A DNA stretch of 64,000 bases from Octopus sinensis (lineage: Eukaryota). The position numbers and the translations under genes are program-made. Positions 1 to 12,418 of the stretch are shown in pieces (the first letter of the stretch is position 1; each line of letters opens with the position of its first letter). The stretch lies in assembly GCF_006345805.1 (NCBI RefSeq), contig NC_042997.1, positions 10,168,001-10,232,000 on the forward strand, in the 5' to 3' direction. Under the pieces are notes generated by a model, which did not search any database, had not been told where the DNA came from, and worked only from the letters and a program-made list of their open reading frames with translations.

Positions 1-249
1 GCATGGGCTATAAATGTTAGCAACAGCACTAGCGAAGATACCTTTCCCACGCCCAATGTTAATAGCGACAGCATCCACAACATCTGTAACAGTGGCAGCA
101 ACAGCAACAGCAACACCAACGGTCAGGGATAGCTACAGCGAAAACAACTACAGCGATATCGCCAAACATACAGCACCGTTGACTTTTCCAGTAACAGCAG
201 CGGCAGCAACATCAACCCCAAGCCCAGGGTCATCGGAAGATTCACCAGG

Positions 250-965
250 AGTGTGAACACATCCAGCTATCAGGTTCAGAGATATATTGGGTTGGCCGTA
301 ACTGCCTTTAAGCGGCGCCTGTACAACCACATGTGCTCTTTCAAGATTACGGAAAGACAGTACGTCAAGTCCATGACAAGCCATGTATGGCAGCTTAAGG
401 ATAATGGAATCCCATACAAAGCTAAATGGAGGATTATAGAGCAGCCGGAGCCCTACATTAACAGGAACGGTGATGCAAGCTCTGCATAGCAGAGCAAGAA
501 AGAATACTAAATTACAGGCCGTAAGTGACTTTTATAGCCCAAGCCTCCATTTAAAGTGCTACCTGCTACAGCCATGGGAGTCCTCATTCACCAATTCTCC
601 ACTCGCTGATTAAAGCTGAAATAGTATCCACAGACTAGAAACAGCCTAGGAGCAAAGATTCCTCTTTTACCCCTTTCGTCACTTAAGTCCATAAAGTTTG
701 CCATCTAAACTGGTCTAAGGAAGATTACTCGGCCAAAGCATCAAGCCTTTGTTTACATATTAATTGACCATAACAGTTTTCTACGTCCAGTTTGAAGAGG
801 GTTTTGCATCTGCCATTGAGTGTGATGAGCCGTCTATAAGGCCTATCGCTTTATCGATGCAAGACCATTGGTTACTCTATGACCGGACATGTATTTAACT
901 GTTTGTAAATAAATACATTACTGCTCTATTTTTTAGTGTGCTCTCTTTCGGATATACGATACACT
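250..965 (+). mobile_element. Penelope-like retroelement 3' end: GIY-YIG endonuclease remnant plus 3' UTR/pLTR
   Basis: ORF 253-489 reads YIGLAVTAFKRRLYNHMCSF...WRIIEQPEPY, continuing by frameshift into CKLCIAEQERIL, typical of PLE GIY-YIG domains; AATAAA at ~908; ends at a TA tract. Confidence 0.8.
814..881 (+). ncRNA. Degenerate type I hammerhead ribozyme in the PLE 3' UTR
   Basis: GAGT-gTGATGA-GC...GC-aagA-CCATTGG-TT-ACTC: stem I GAGU/ACUC (extends CAU/AUG), palindromic stem III ACCAUUGGU, core mutated at C3 and GAAA. Confidence 0.5.
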
Positions 966-983
966 GATGACATATATATTTAT

Positions 984-1043
984 TACTTTATTGCCCACAG
1001 GGGGCTAAACATAGAGAGGACAAACAAGGGCAGACAAAGGGAC
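984..1043 (-). mobile_element. 3' tail fragment of SINE family A (Tx1-like tail)
   Basis: Matches tails at 18174-18235, 31465-31518 and 61570-61620. Confidence 0.65.
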
Positions 1044-1077
<34 letters not shown>

Positions 1078-1639
1078 ATGTTTATATATATACATAGATA
1101 TAGATATATATATATACATATATATATATGCATGGATGTATGTATATATACATAGGGAGAAAATAATACAAAAAAGCATGCACATTTCATTTTGTATTAA
1201 TCAAATCATGCCAAAATACATTATTCCATACCGGTTTCACTTCTAATAGATATATTTATGATAACAGGCAAGCGTAAAAGCTGGTTGTTAACTTTTCCGT
1301 TAAATGATACCACAATGCAGTGATTAAAATTAGCTTTCTCAAAAGCATTTTGAGTCACAACTGAGGTAATGCTTTGTACGCTAAAATATTTATAAGCTGA
1401 TGGGCAAATATAATGTCCTAAATAGTGATATTTAGATTTAAAACTAATTGACGTAATTGATTATGCTTTAAAACTTAGTTTTACAAGTGAATACCTGGCT
1501 GTCCACATTCAGTTAAAGTGTACTATAATGTCCCGACTGACAGTAGTGATTTAGGACACTAACCTAAATTCCTTGTAATTGCACCAACTAATTTTTAATT
1601 ATACATTATTGAAACCTGTGCATAGCTACATATAAGACG

Positions 1640-3240
1640 ACATGTATACGTTAAAGTATATTCTACGTACGGCAAATGAAGAAATCTTAATGGCTTTATT
1701 TGCTATTGTTAACCTGTATACAAATAATTACGGAAATTAAGCAATAAACATTAGCTTAATAAGTATCTTCAGGAATTACCGTTCACAAAGAAAGACAATT
1801 TATTATTAAAGAACGACTTATTTTTCAATTTGACCAAGCGATATAAAAAGTTTTAGAACAAGAATTGAAGAGTTGGGAATTCCGATGTATGAAAATTTAA
1901 TAAGAATATATTTTAAGATAAAAAGAAATGGAAAATCTAAACAAACTTTGCAGTCTTTTTCTTTTTTTTAGCTGTTACTTGAAGGTAAACCCAAAACGAT
2001 ATCTGGAATATTGTTTATTCTATGAAAGAAGGTTTGGATAGATTTTCTGAATTTATAAATGGTATGATCAATAACATCTAATTTACTATGGAGTACGACA
2101 GCGATAAATTCCCTTTTGGATATATATTGGTTATAAAATCCCGAATAGAATGAAATCCCAAGCATATTATAAACTGACAGACTTGAGGGGTAATGTTTAC
2201 TTTTTAATTCATGCCATCTGACACCAGAATCAATATTATTTTCAATTAGCTAAAAGAATACATACGATGATATCAAATTCAACCACTAGAAAGAAGATGC
2301 TAAACGAAGAAATAGATATTTTGTTAGAAAGACTTTATCATCCAGAGAAAATTGACATCAGTAATTCAAGAACTAGAATAACCAAAATAGAAGCAAGCAG
2401 TTTAACATACATTTCAGCACATCGCACAAGGCTTTTAATATAATTCAAAATGTCCACTATTAAATGTGATCCAAGAGCGAGCAAAATTTTAGAAAAACCA
2501 AAATATAACCAAAAAGAAAAAAAAACAGTTAAAAATCACCGAGAAAAAAACTGGTAAAAATGCCCAATTGCACACCACTGTTGCATCAAGCTCGACAGTT
2601 AAAGAAGTGTGCAAGATCAAATTATTGAATTTGTATTAATTCATATGAAGATTCAGAGTTCCGTTTCATAAAACTACAAAATTGTGAAACAAAAATATTT
2701 GACTTGCACATCTGAAAACTTAATTTATGTTATAGCATGCTGTGGATGTGATGAGAATTACACTCTCCAACAGGTATGTCACTTAGAAACTACGAGACAG
2801 TTTACCGACAAAAATGTTGACCCGAACACTTGAATAATTCCATTCACTGAACATTTATATCGATGAAAATGCGTATGTATACTCATGTTATAAAATGTAA
2901 CCACGGAAAGATTAAGAAAATAATTTTGTATTACAATTTAACATCCAAAATAATACGAATAAGACCCGGTATTTAGATATAAACATAGAGATACAAAAAT
3001 TATCGAACAAAAAAGCATGCAATTAAAACCCCCCTAAAATGGAATACAAAGGCATCACATCCGACTAATATCCAACGAAGGCACCAAAACCAAAAGCCTT
3101 ATTAATAACACATCACAGCATATAAACCCTAAAAAGAGCTGCTCATGACCAAATTAAGCAACAAGCTTGATTGTAAAACAGAAAGTCATTATTTCCAGGA
3201 CAACTCCAGCTGTTTTATTAACCGTGTTATACAACACTTT
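1640..3240 (+). mobile_element. Highly decayed Penelope-like element (RT traces plus GIY-YIG)
   Basis: 2699-2812 translates LTCTSENLIYVIACCGCDENY / QTGMSLRNYETVYRQ (PLE GIY-YIG with CxxC); upstream NLYTN and IHDDIKF-like RT traces; many stops and frameshifts; possible decayed HHR at 3142-3187. Confidence 0.7.
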
Positions 3241-3634
3241 TTAGGGGGTTCACTATGCATTTACAGCAAGAAGGAATCGCAGCACTCTATATAACAAGCT
3301 ACAAAAGAAACTTAGAAAACTGCTTGTAGATAATATTTATACATTATATAAAAATCCTCACAAGAAAGAGATGATTAATCATAGAAACAATACTCATAAC
3401 GCAACACATTGCCAAAATAAACCAGTAAACATATAAAAATTAACAGGTGGCAGTTAGCATATAAGTTAATGGTCAAACTTTTGTAAGTATAGCCTACACA
3501 TATTTTTATCACAATAAAACAAAATAACAGAGACTACAAACGGTCATGAAAAAACAGGCGGTTAAGTTAGCAAAAGTTCGACAACTATAGAAGCAATGCG
3601 TAAGCTTACTCAGTTTCATATTCCAAAGACGAAA

Positions 3635-3882
3635 GTGTGAAGGACCAGTGATCAGGCTGTTGCACTCACGATCGCTAGATCGTGGGTCCAATTCCCAGAC
3701 CGGCTGGCGTGTTCGGTTCTTGAGTAAAACACTTCATTTCACGTTGCTCTATTACCCCTTTCGGGAGGAATATTGGCCTGTTCGGCTGCTCAGAGGGTAG
3801 TAGTCGTTCAACTGCTAAAATGATACAAAGTGCATTGTGACCTACGATGTGTAACAACATCCGACAATCTGGTCGGTCACTA
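3635..3882 (+). mobile_element. Diverged tRNA-derived SINE (C-type head, GGTCGGTCAC tail)
   Basis: tRNA-like head, TTCTTGAGTAAAACACTT segment shared with 7641-7971; tail shared with 27401-27480. Confidence 0.65.
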
Positions 3883-4700
3883 TATATTCAGAGAGAGAGA
3901 GAGAGGGGTAGAGACATTTATTCATATCCATATTGATATATGCATACACGCATGAACGCACAAGCACACACACAAATACACACACGCATACACACCCACA
4001 CAAACACACGCACATACGTACACACACAATTGTATGCAGAGAAAGTAAGACAGGGAAAAAAATGTTCTATATACGTATTATCGGATTCATCTGGTGGAAA
4101 TTTGTACAGCCTGCTAAAATATCTTTATACCATTAATCATTTGACTTTGTTAGATATTACATATGTGACATGTTAGACTTCTCTTGCTTAAAATATATTA
4201 GTATTGAATTAGTGTTCTGTCGGCAAGTCTGAATGAGTTGGGGGTTTTCTGATTTACTACTGGAATAGTGTGGTAGCTTTATAAACATGTTCTATGATGA
4301 CAGAGCTATAATGCCACCTGTCTTCTATTATCACCTTCCAATGAGGCATACAGTTGTATTAATGAGGTTTACTCCGAGAAAATCGAACATGACTCAGAAC
4401 CTCTAGCATTACACACACGTACGTAAACACAAGCAAACACATATATACATTCGTACATACAAAACACACATACATGCATATGTGTGTGTGTGTATGTGTA
4501 TGATTTGTATGTACGAATGTTATGTACATACAAAACTTACAAAACATATATACATCTGTACATACAAAACATGCATAAATATATGTGTGTGTATGTTGGT
4601 GTGTGTACGCATGTATGTATGTGTGTATGTTTTGTATGTACGAATGTTATGTTATGTATGTGGGTGTTTGTATGTGTGTGTGTCTGTGTGTGTATGAGTG

Positions 4701-4751
<51 letters not shown>

Positions 4752-4757
<6 letters not shown>

Positions 4758-5642
4758 GAGAACCACAAAGAAACTGAAATTTTGCAATATTATTTCCTTC
4801 GCTTAGTTTTACATGTTTACAATTTTATCGCCTTCAGAGTATTCTCCATTTGAAGCAATGCATCGGTCCAGAAACGTTTTCCACAGTGGGAAGCAATGCT
4901 GGAACTCTTGCGACGAAGTGATACGTTTTAACGCCTCCGTTGTTTTTTTATTTTTTTTCACTTCACCCACATCTGAAAATTTCGTAGCATCAGCTTTCGT
5001 CACCAGTGATGACCTTCGAAAAAAGGTCTAGATCAACTTCCAACTGTTCTTTCAGTTTACAACTCGCATTCAGTCGTAACTGCTTTTGATCTTCCATGAA
5101 CAAGCAAGGCACAAATTTTGCTGCAACTCCATTCACAATTCCTCGCTCAAAATTCGTTGACGGGAGTTCCACGACATACCTGTCATATCAACAAGTTCGT
5201 TAGTGTTCGGTGACGGTCCTCCAAAGTTCATAACGTTTTCATTCGTTCGGGAGGTCGACGGTCACCCTGAAAGACGTTGGTTTCAAGTGACAAGTTTCCA
5301 TTCCGAAAGCGTAGAAACCACTCGTAAACTTGTGTTTTGCTCATGACAACGTCTTTGTAAGCCAAGAAGCATGGCAGCAGTTTCGGGCGACGTTTTCCCC
5401 AGCAAAAATCAGAATTTCACGGATGCACGCTGTTCCTTAGTTTCAGCCATCGCAAAAATCGACGAACAGGAGAAAAGCAAAGTAAGGATGCACCACGTTG
5501 CAGTACGATCTCAAGAGAAAATGCCGGTCGGCAGACTCATGATTGAAGGATCGCATCAAGTGGCTTATGGTGGCAGAAGCATGAACTACAAGGGGCTTGT
5601 CCCACAGAAAACGTTTCCGGTTAATTGGAGTAGCTCCTCATA
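4752..5642 (-). mobile_element. Internally deleted mariner transposon
   Basis: Translations AAKFVP...QKQLRL...SKVITGDES and FQHCFPLWKTFLDRCIASNGEY; TIR-like ends CGAGGGAGAACCACAAAGAAAC / TTCCGGTTAATTGGAGTAGCTCCTCATA. Confidence 0.85.
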
Positions 5643-5754
5643 TGTATGTATGCATGTATGTATGTATATATATATTATATATATATATATAATATATATA
5701 TGTATGTATGTATGATGTATGTGTGTATGTATATATATATATAATATATATATA

Positions 5755-5792
<38 letters not shown>

Positions 5793-5820
5793 GTATACAT
5801 ATTTATATATATATATATAT

Positions 5821-6465
5821 ATAATTATAATTAAGGGTTAATTGCAACAAGTTGCTCAAAACCACATACCGAAAATATTAGAAATAGCACCCAAATTGAT
5901 CACTATTTCTTCTACTAATAAAAAGTCTCCACAAACAAACAGAATTTGTAACCTGTATATGGCAAAAAAGGAAGAAAATAACGAAATCCCAGCCTATGGA
6001 TTAATTATAGACGAATCGTTTCTGGATTAGAACCGAAGACTCATTTCCTTGTCAATATAATATTTCCTATAAATCTAGAAATGCTAGGGGAAAAACTCAC
6101 CCGTTACACCAGCTCGACCAGCGACATCGAACGATCTAACGAAACTGCTAGCATTCCTACACTTATACAGACATGCGAATTCATATCTCCCTCCAAAATT
6201 ACCACGTGGGCTACAAAAACATTTCTTGCAAGGGAGCAATAGTATTCAATATGCAAAAAAGGGTGGAATATAATTAATTTAATAAAATTAATAAATTTCA
6301 CCTAGTAGATTTATCGGTATGGAAAAGAACATATTTGGTAAGGTTTATAATAATTATAATTAAGGGTTAATTGCAACAAGTTTCTCAAAACCACATACCG
6401 AAAATATTAGAAATAGCAGCCAAATTGATCACTATTTCTTCTACTAATAAAAAGTCTCCACAAAC
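5821..6465 (-). mobile_element. Non-autonomous HHR-bearing element with 116-bp terminal direct repeats (pLTR/retrozyme-like)
   Basis: 5821-5936 repeats at 6350-6465 (2 substitutions, period 529 bp); flanked by (TA)n; internal HHR at 6004-6061. Confidence 0.7.
6004..6061 (-). ncRNA. Type I hammerhead ribozyme with U3-A8 core variant
   Basis: AUUAUA-UUGACAA-GGA...C(UUCG)G...UCC-A-GAAACG-AUU-CGUC-UAUAAU: 6-bp stem I, 3-bp stem III, GUC site. Confidence 0.65.
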
Positions 6466-6472
6466 TATTCGG

Positions 6473-6514
<42 letters not shown>

Positions 6515-6527
6515 ATATGTATGTATG

Positions 6528-6582
<55 letters not shown>

Positions 6583-6586
6583 ATAT

Positions 6587-7592
6587 AAAACTTACTTGGA
6601 GAACAGAAAGGAAACGAAACGAAACGACGGGAGGGCGTTAGTCATGCAAATATTTAATAAAATAAAATATATGCATACATACATACATATATGTACGTAC
6701 CTACATCTACATGTATATATACATGCATATATAGATATATATACGCGAGTACAGGACACCACAAATAGACGTAGACCTCAACGAGAGACGAAAACGTAAA
6801 AACAAACATGGAAACTGACCTTTTTTAACAACGAAAAAACAGAGTACAGGACAAACAACACAAGGAAAATTCCCCTCATCAGCTGTACCTAGTTCGACTC
6901 CATGCGTGTTTCGAAGGTAAGGACAGAACACGACTCGTCGAACTAGCACTTCCTGCGAAAGAATTAAATAAAATTCCTTTGCAGAGGGGTAAAAACAAGG
7001 AAAGAAAAAAATGTGACAAAAACAGGACGTAAAAATAATACAAATAAAAATACGAATAAAAAACAAATACAAAAAAATACAGTACAAGAAATAAAAACAA
7101 ACAGGAAAACAAACAACGAGGCCCTTTTTTAGCCTAGACGAGGAAAAATTTAAGAGCGCAGGAAAAGAGCGTGTTTACTTGTAGGAGGCCGCCAGCGAAA
7201 GAAAGTTGGTCGACCCGGCTGTAAGAGAAATGAGGAGGAGTGAGAGGGAGAGAGATAGAGAGGAAAGGAAACCAGAAAGGGTGAAAAATAAGAAGGAGAG
7301 AGACAGGTTAAGAGGAAGACAGATAGGAAGGAAGGGAAGGTCAAGCAAAGGGTTATAGAGTTTCGCGTCATAATTATATATAAAAAACTTACTTGGAGAA
7401 CAGAAAGGAAACGAAATGAAACGACGCGAGGGCGCTCAGTCATGCAAATATTTAATAAATAAAATATATGCATACATACATACATATATGTACGTACCTA
7501 CATCACTCACGTATATATATTTATATATGCATGTATATATACATGTAGACGTAGGTACGTACATATAGGTATGTATGTATGCATATATTTAT

Positions 7593-7595
<3 letters not shown>
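6587..7595 (-). mobile_element. Non-autonomous element with direct repeat plus inverted end (PLE pLTR architecture)
   Basis: 6587-6707 repeats at 7384-7504 (period ~797 bp); 7505-7593 is the reverse complement of ~6657-6750; TA-flanked; truncated relative at 28635-28928. Confidence 0.7.
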
Positions 7596-7640
<45 letters not shown>

Positions 7641-7643
<3 letters not shown>

Positions 7644-7971
7644 CGCATGGCTCAGTGGTTAGAGCGTCGAGCTTAAGATCGTGAGGTTGTAAGCTCGAAT
7701 CCCGGACCGGGCTGCGTGTTGTGTTCTTGAGCAAGGCACTTTATTTTACGTTGCTCCAGTTCACTCAGCTGTAGAAATGAGTTGCGACGTCACTGGTGCC
7801 AAGCTGTATCGACCTTTGTCTTTCCCTTGGATAACACTGGTGGTGTGGAGAGGGGAAGCTGGTATGCATGGGCGACTGCTGGTCTTCCATAAACAACCTT
7901 GCCCAGACTTGTGTCTAGGAGGGTAACTTTCTAGGTGCAATCCCATGGTCATTCATGACCGAAGGGGGTCT
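7641..7971 (+). mobile_element. tRNA-derived SINE family C
   Basis: A box TGGCTCAGTGG, B-box-like GCTCGAATCC; full-length homolog at 62081-62415 (-). Confidence 0.85.
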
Positions 7972-9453
7972 TTTATATATATATATATATATATATACAG
8001 ATATATAGATATATATAGATATATATAATATAATATTATATTATATATTATATATTATATATAAATATGCATATATATAAATCTAAGTGTATATGAATTT
8101 ATACACATATATAGTTATATATATAAGCATATATATATATACATATATATGCCGAGAATACATGCAATAAGAATGTTAGAAGTTAAGAATATTATTCCTA
8201 ATTGTGTCAATTCACATTTACCAAACTACTAAAAATCAAACCTGTTATTTAACAGAAACAACATATAGTGTTACACCCTCCCTGTCAACACCGCCTCTGT
8301 CATAAAAATAAATGCAAATAGTGATTTTAATCGGCTAAAACTGTAAATCTTACCTGTAGCGAAAATACCTTGGAGAAATAAACGTTTACACCGAATAACA
8401 ATAAAACAGAATATTTAATAAACAACATAGTTTCTTTCAATGACTCAATCAATCTAACAACAAACGTATATTTTATCGTGTAGGTTAAATCGGTGCATTG
8501 TCAAAATTCGTCTGAAGGGAAACATATAAACACGGGATCCATGGGGAATAACAGATTTAAAATTATTGGTCTCATGTAAATTAAAAAAACAAACAAACAA
8601 TATTTTCAGCAACCTTACTAAATACTGAATACTAATACTCTAAGCAGAACCATTTCCATCGTATCACCAAGTTATTTATTACTTATTTATTTATATTTTA
8701 AAATATTTATTGGTGAAGAAGAATCTGCTGACATACTAACCGAAATTTAATACCATCTAAGAGAACAGGTTACGTGATTTCTCATACGTTTAACAACTGT
8801 TTGATTTCAGCCATGACTCGTCTACTTACTCATCGAGTTCGTTCGTTAAAGAAAAAGTGTCTGAAAATGCAGTATGAAATCTTTGATTGTTATCTTAACA
8901 GAACATATATCACCAATTTACAAACATTTTTACTTACTGTGCAACATGCACTGTTGAGTTTATTGTACAAAAAAAAAAGTTACAAACGAACTGTATTCGA
9001 GATTGCGTGTTTGTCTATAGGAAGAGAGACAGACGGTGTGACAAAGAAGGAAACATAGAAGGAACAGAATAGAAAAGAAAAGAAATATTTATATGAGAGT
9101 GTATTTTGCGCTTGCTTGCGTGTGTACATAATTAAAATAATGAGATTTTCTCAATAGGTGTTTGATTTGTATCGGGAAATCACACAAAACACATACAAAT
9201 ACGCACACATACAAACACTAACAAAAACACACACACACACGCACACAGGCAAACACATGTACGTACAAACACACGCACACACGAGCACACACAACCAAGC
9301 ACAAATACGTATGCACACACAAAGCAAACGTACAGGCATTTGTGTATGAACGCATACATACATATAAAATATACCTACAATATATATATATATATTATAT
9401 ATGTATGTATGTGTGTATGTGCCTAAATATATATATATATATATATATTATAT

Positions 9454-9507
<54 letters not shown>

Positions 9508-9621
9508 TGCCTATATATATATATATATACATAATGTATATAATAATGTATATACAGACACGCAAATTTCATATATATTTAGAGACTCACTTTCTATATA
9601 TACATATATGCGCGTATGTCC

Positions 9622-9709
<88 letters not shown>

Positions 9710-9826
9710 GAGTGTGTTTGTATCTATGTCTATATATCATGCATACACTCATTCATATATATATATATATATACATTCATATATATATATATATGCACAT
9801 ACACGTATACATATATATATATATTA

Positions 9827-9882
<56 letters not shown>

Positions 9883-10471
9883 AGACAAACACATATACAC
9901 ACAATGACATACACACATAGCCACACGAGCACACATTCAGCCATGAGAAGGAAAGTAGTGTGCGATTTGGCTTGAATTTAGGCAAGAACGTCGAAGAAAG
10001 ACCTAGTGAATATTATAGAATATAAATTTGTCAATTACTCGAATTATTTTCCATTCAGAGAGATAGTAAACAAATGCCTGGTGGCAATTACGACCGATTC
10101 TGAATGAATAGGCGTACTAATCTCTAAATTCAAGAAATCCACAAAATTAACATACCGCTAACAAGTAGACAGGTTGTTAGTTTCTTGACAGAAGAGGATA
10201 GTTGGATTCCTACTTCATTTTGCGCTATCAGCGCAATTGCTGTCCTCAATGACTCTAGCAAGGAAGGATTTAGTAGACATACATAAAAAGAGTAGAGAAT
10301 ATGGATATTTCATGGTGTGGAGGGAGAGAAAAAAAAGGGTTGAATGAAATGCCTGAGGGGGATTCGTTGAATCAATTTTGACTTCGAAGCGAGTGAAGTT
10401 ATATTAAATAGCATACAATGTAAAATTTTGACTTATTCAAATTATCCTTGGCTCGACAAACGATAAGAATT

Positions 10472-10528
<57 letters not shown>

Positions 10529-10537
10529 TGTGTGTGT

Positions 10538-10685
10538 AGTTGAAATTTACAGAATAACAGAAGACGAATACAGGTGTATTAACAACGAGCAGGGGCATTA
10601 CTTTGACGCTTGGGAAACTGAGAAAGACTTTTACGTTTCGAGCCTACACTCTTCAACAGAAAGGCATAAGAGAAAATAAACAGAA
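10538..10685 (-). mobile_element. Short HHR-bearing repeat (minimal hammerhead at 10628-10663)
   Basis: Minus strand CUUU-CUGUUGA-A-GAG-UGUAGG-CUC-GAAAC-GUA-AAAG; 3' part homologous to 35980-36070 (+). Confidence 0.6.
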
Positions 10686-10771
10686 AGAAATTTTTTTTTA
10701 AATTGTAGATTTAGGGATCAGGCATAGCGACTGGTTTTATACATATGTGTGTGTATGTGTGTGTGTGTGTA

Positions 10772-10803
<32 letters not shown>

Positions 10804-10824
10804 GTGTGTGTGTGTGTGTCTGCA

Positions 10825-11227
10825 TGCACAGGCGTGACTGTGTGGTAAGAAGCTTGCTTTCCAACCACATGATTCCGGGTTCAGTCTCAATGTGTGGCAC
10901 CTTGGGCAAGTGTCTTCTATTATAGCCTAGGGCTAACCAAAGCCTTGTGAGTGGACTTGATAGTGGACTGAAAGAAGCTCGTCGTATAGATACGTATTTA
11001 TGAATGTGTGTATGCCTTTGTCTGTGTTTATCCACACTATCATTTGACAACCGATGTTGGTGTGTTTACGTCCCCGTAACATAGCGGTTCGGCAAGAGAG
11101 ATCGATAGAATAAGTATTAGACTTACAAAGTATAAATCCTGAGGTCGATTTCTTCGCCTAAGACTCTTCAAGGTGGTGCTCCAGCATGGCTGCAGTCAAA
11201 TGGCTGAAATAAATAAAAGATTAAAAG
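10825..11227 (+). mobile_element. tRNA-derived SINE family B
   Basis: Head GTGACTGTGTGGTAAG...GGGTTCAGTCTC, CACCTTGGGCAAG segment, internal CA/TA microsatellite, AAAAGA tail; homologs throughout the window. Confidence 0.85.
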
Positions 11228-11252
11228 ATATATATATTTATATTTATAGACA

Positions 11253-11291
<39 letters not shown>

Positions 11292-11951
11292 CACACACAC
11301 ACATATATACATATATATATATTGAGAGAGATCGATAAATATGTTAGATAGATAGATAAACCAAGGAAAGGTCAGTCGCACATGCACACACATGCGTTTT
11401 GAGAGCATGTAGGTGTATGTATATATATATATACCCGCAGTGGAGCAATCAAGAGAAAAGAAGTTCAATACGTAGGAGTATTTACGTTTTTGAATTGGCT
11501 GAGAAGTACCATAACTGACACAATAGTACTAATTTTCATGTATTTGAAGCTTCGCCTTTGCTAAACACGAGCTTGCAGTACACGACTCCTCAACGACCCG
11601 GTTATTTTAACAACATCTGCTGGCTCGTCTTTCCTCAAAGCTACTCCAAAACATATCGTAGAGAAAATTATACAACATAACCTTTAAAGAGTACTCCCAA
11701 ATTCCCCGCAAAACTTAAAACACATCACCAGCACTGTATCTTTCGACAAACAATCCCCTACAGGTATGCGCTAGGGTGTTGCAAAAATATAGCTTAAATA
11801 CCACTTGAATGACTTCATAAGGTGAGGCTATTTAATTAAGTATGCAAGCACTAATGCTGGTCAAAAGCTTTGTCTTGTGTGTGTGTGTGTGAATAATATA
11901 TACACTAAATCCTCGCCATATCGCGGTTCACCTATCGCGGTTTTTTATTTA

Positions 11952-12039
<88 letters not shown>

Positions 12040-12045
12040 TATATT

Positions 12046-12350
12046 AAATGGGGAAAGCCAGTTTATGGGATTACTTTAGGTTTCCCATCCATAAAGGGTT
12101 TAGCTTTATGGCGTATCGTCAGTTTTCCAAACCTGTTGGCCCAAGACCTCTTGAGAATAAGAATATTCTTATGAATATTCTTAAGAGGTCTTGAGCCAAT
12201 GGGTTTTAGGATCTGACGAGACACCATTATGTTAAACACTTTATGGATGGGAAACCTAAGGCAATCCCATAAACCGGCCTTCCCCATTTTTAATATATAC
12301 TGCTCTATATCTTAGAGTGTGCTTCTTCTATCGGATTTATGTTTTTTACG

Positions 12351-12355
<5 letters not shown>
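12046..12355. mobile_element. Palindromic element with a hammerhead ribozyme in each arm and a PLE-type 3' tail
   Basis: ~120-bp arms 12046-12165 / 12165-12289, about 80% identical; HHR on - strand 12067-12128 and on + strand 12209-12268; tail 12298-12341 resembles 919-958. Confidence 0.75.

Positions 12356-12418
<63 letters not shown>

Noticed and set aside
961-972. Isolated CTGATGA at the PLE end
   Set aside because: No GAAA or stems follow; runs directly into a TA repeat
7641-7712. tRNA-like sequence (also at 19583 and 62340)
   Set aside because: SINE heads: no complete acceptor stem and continuous with repeated SINE bodies
11455-11760. Possible third GIY-YIG remnant (QYVG...ICWL)
   Set aside because: Too decayed to support beyond a hint
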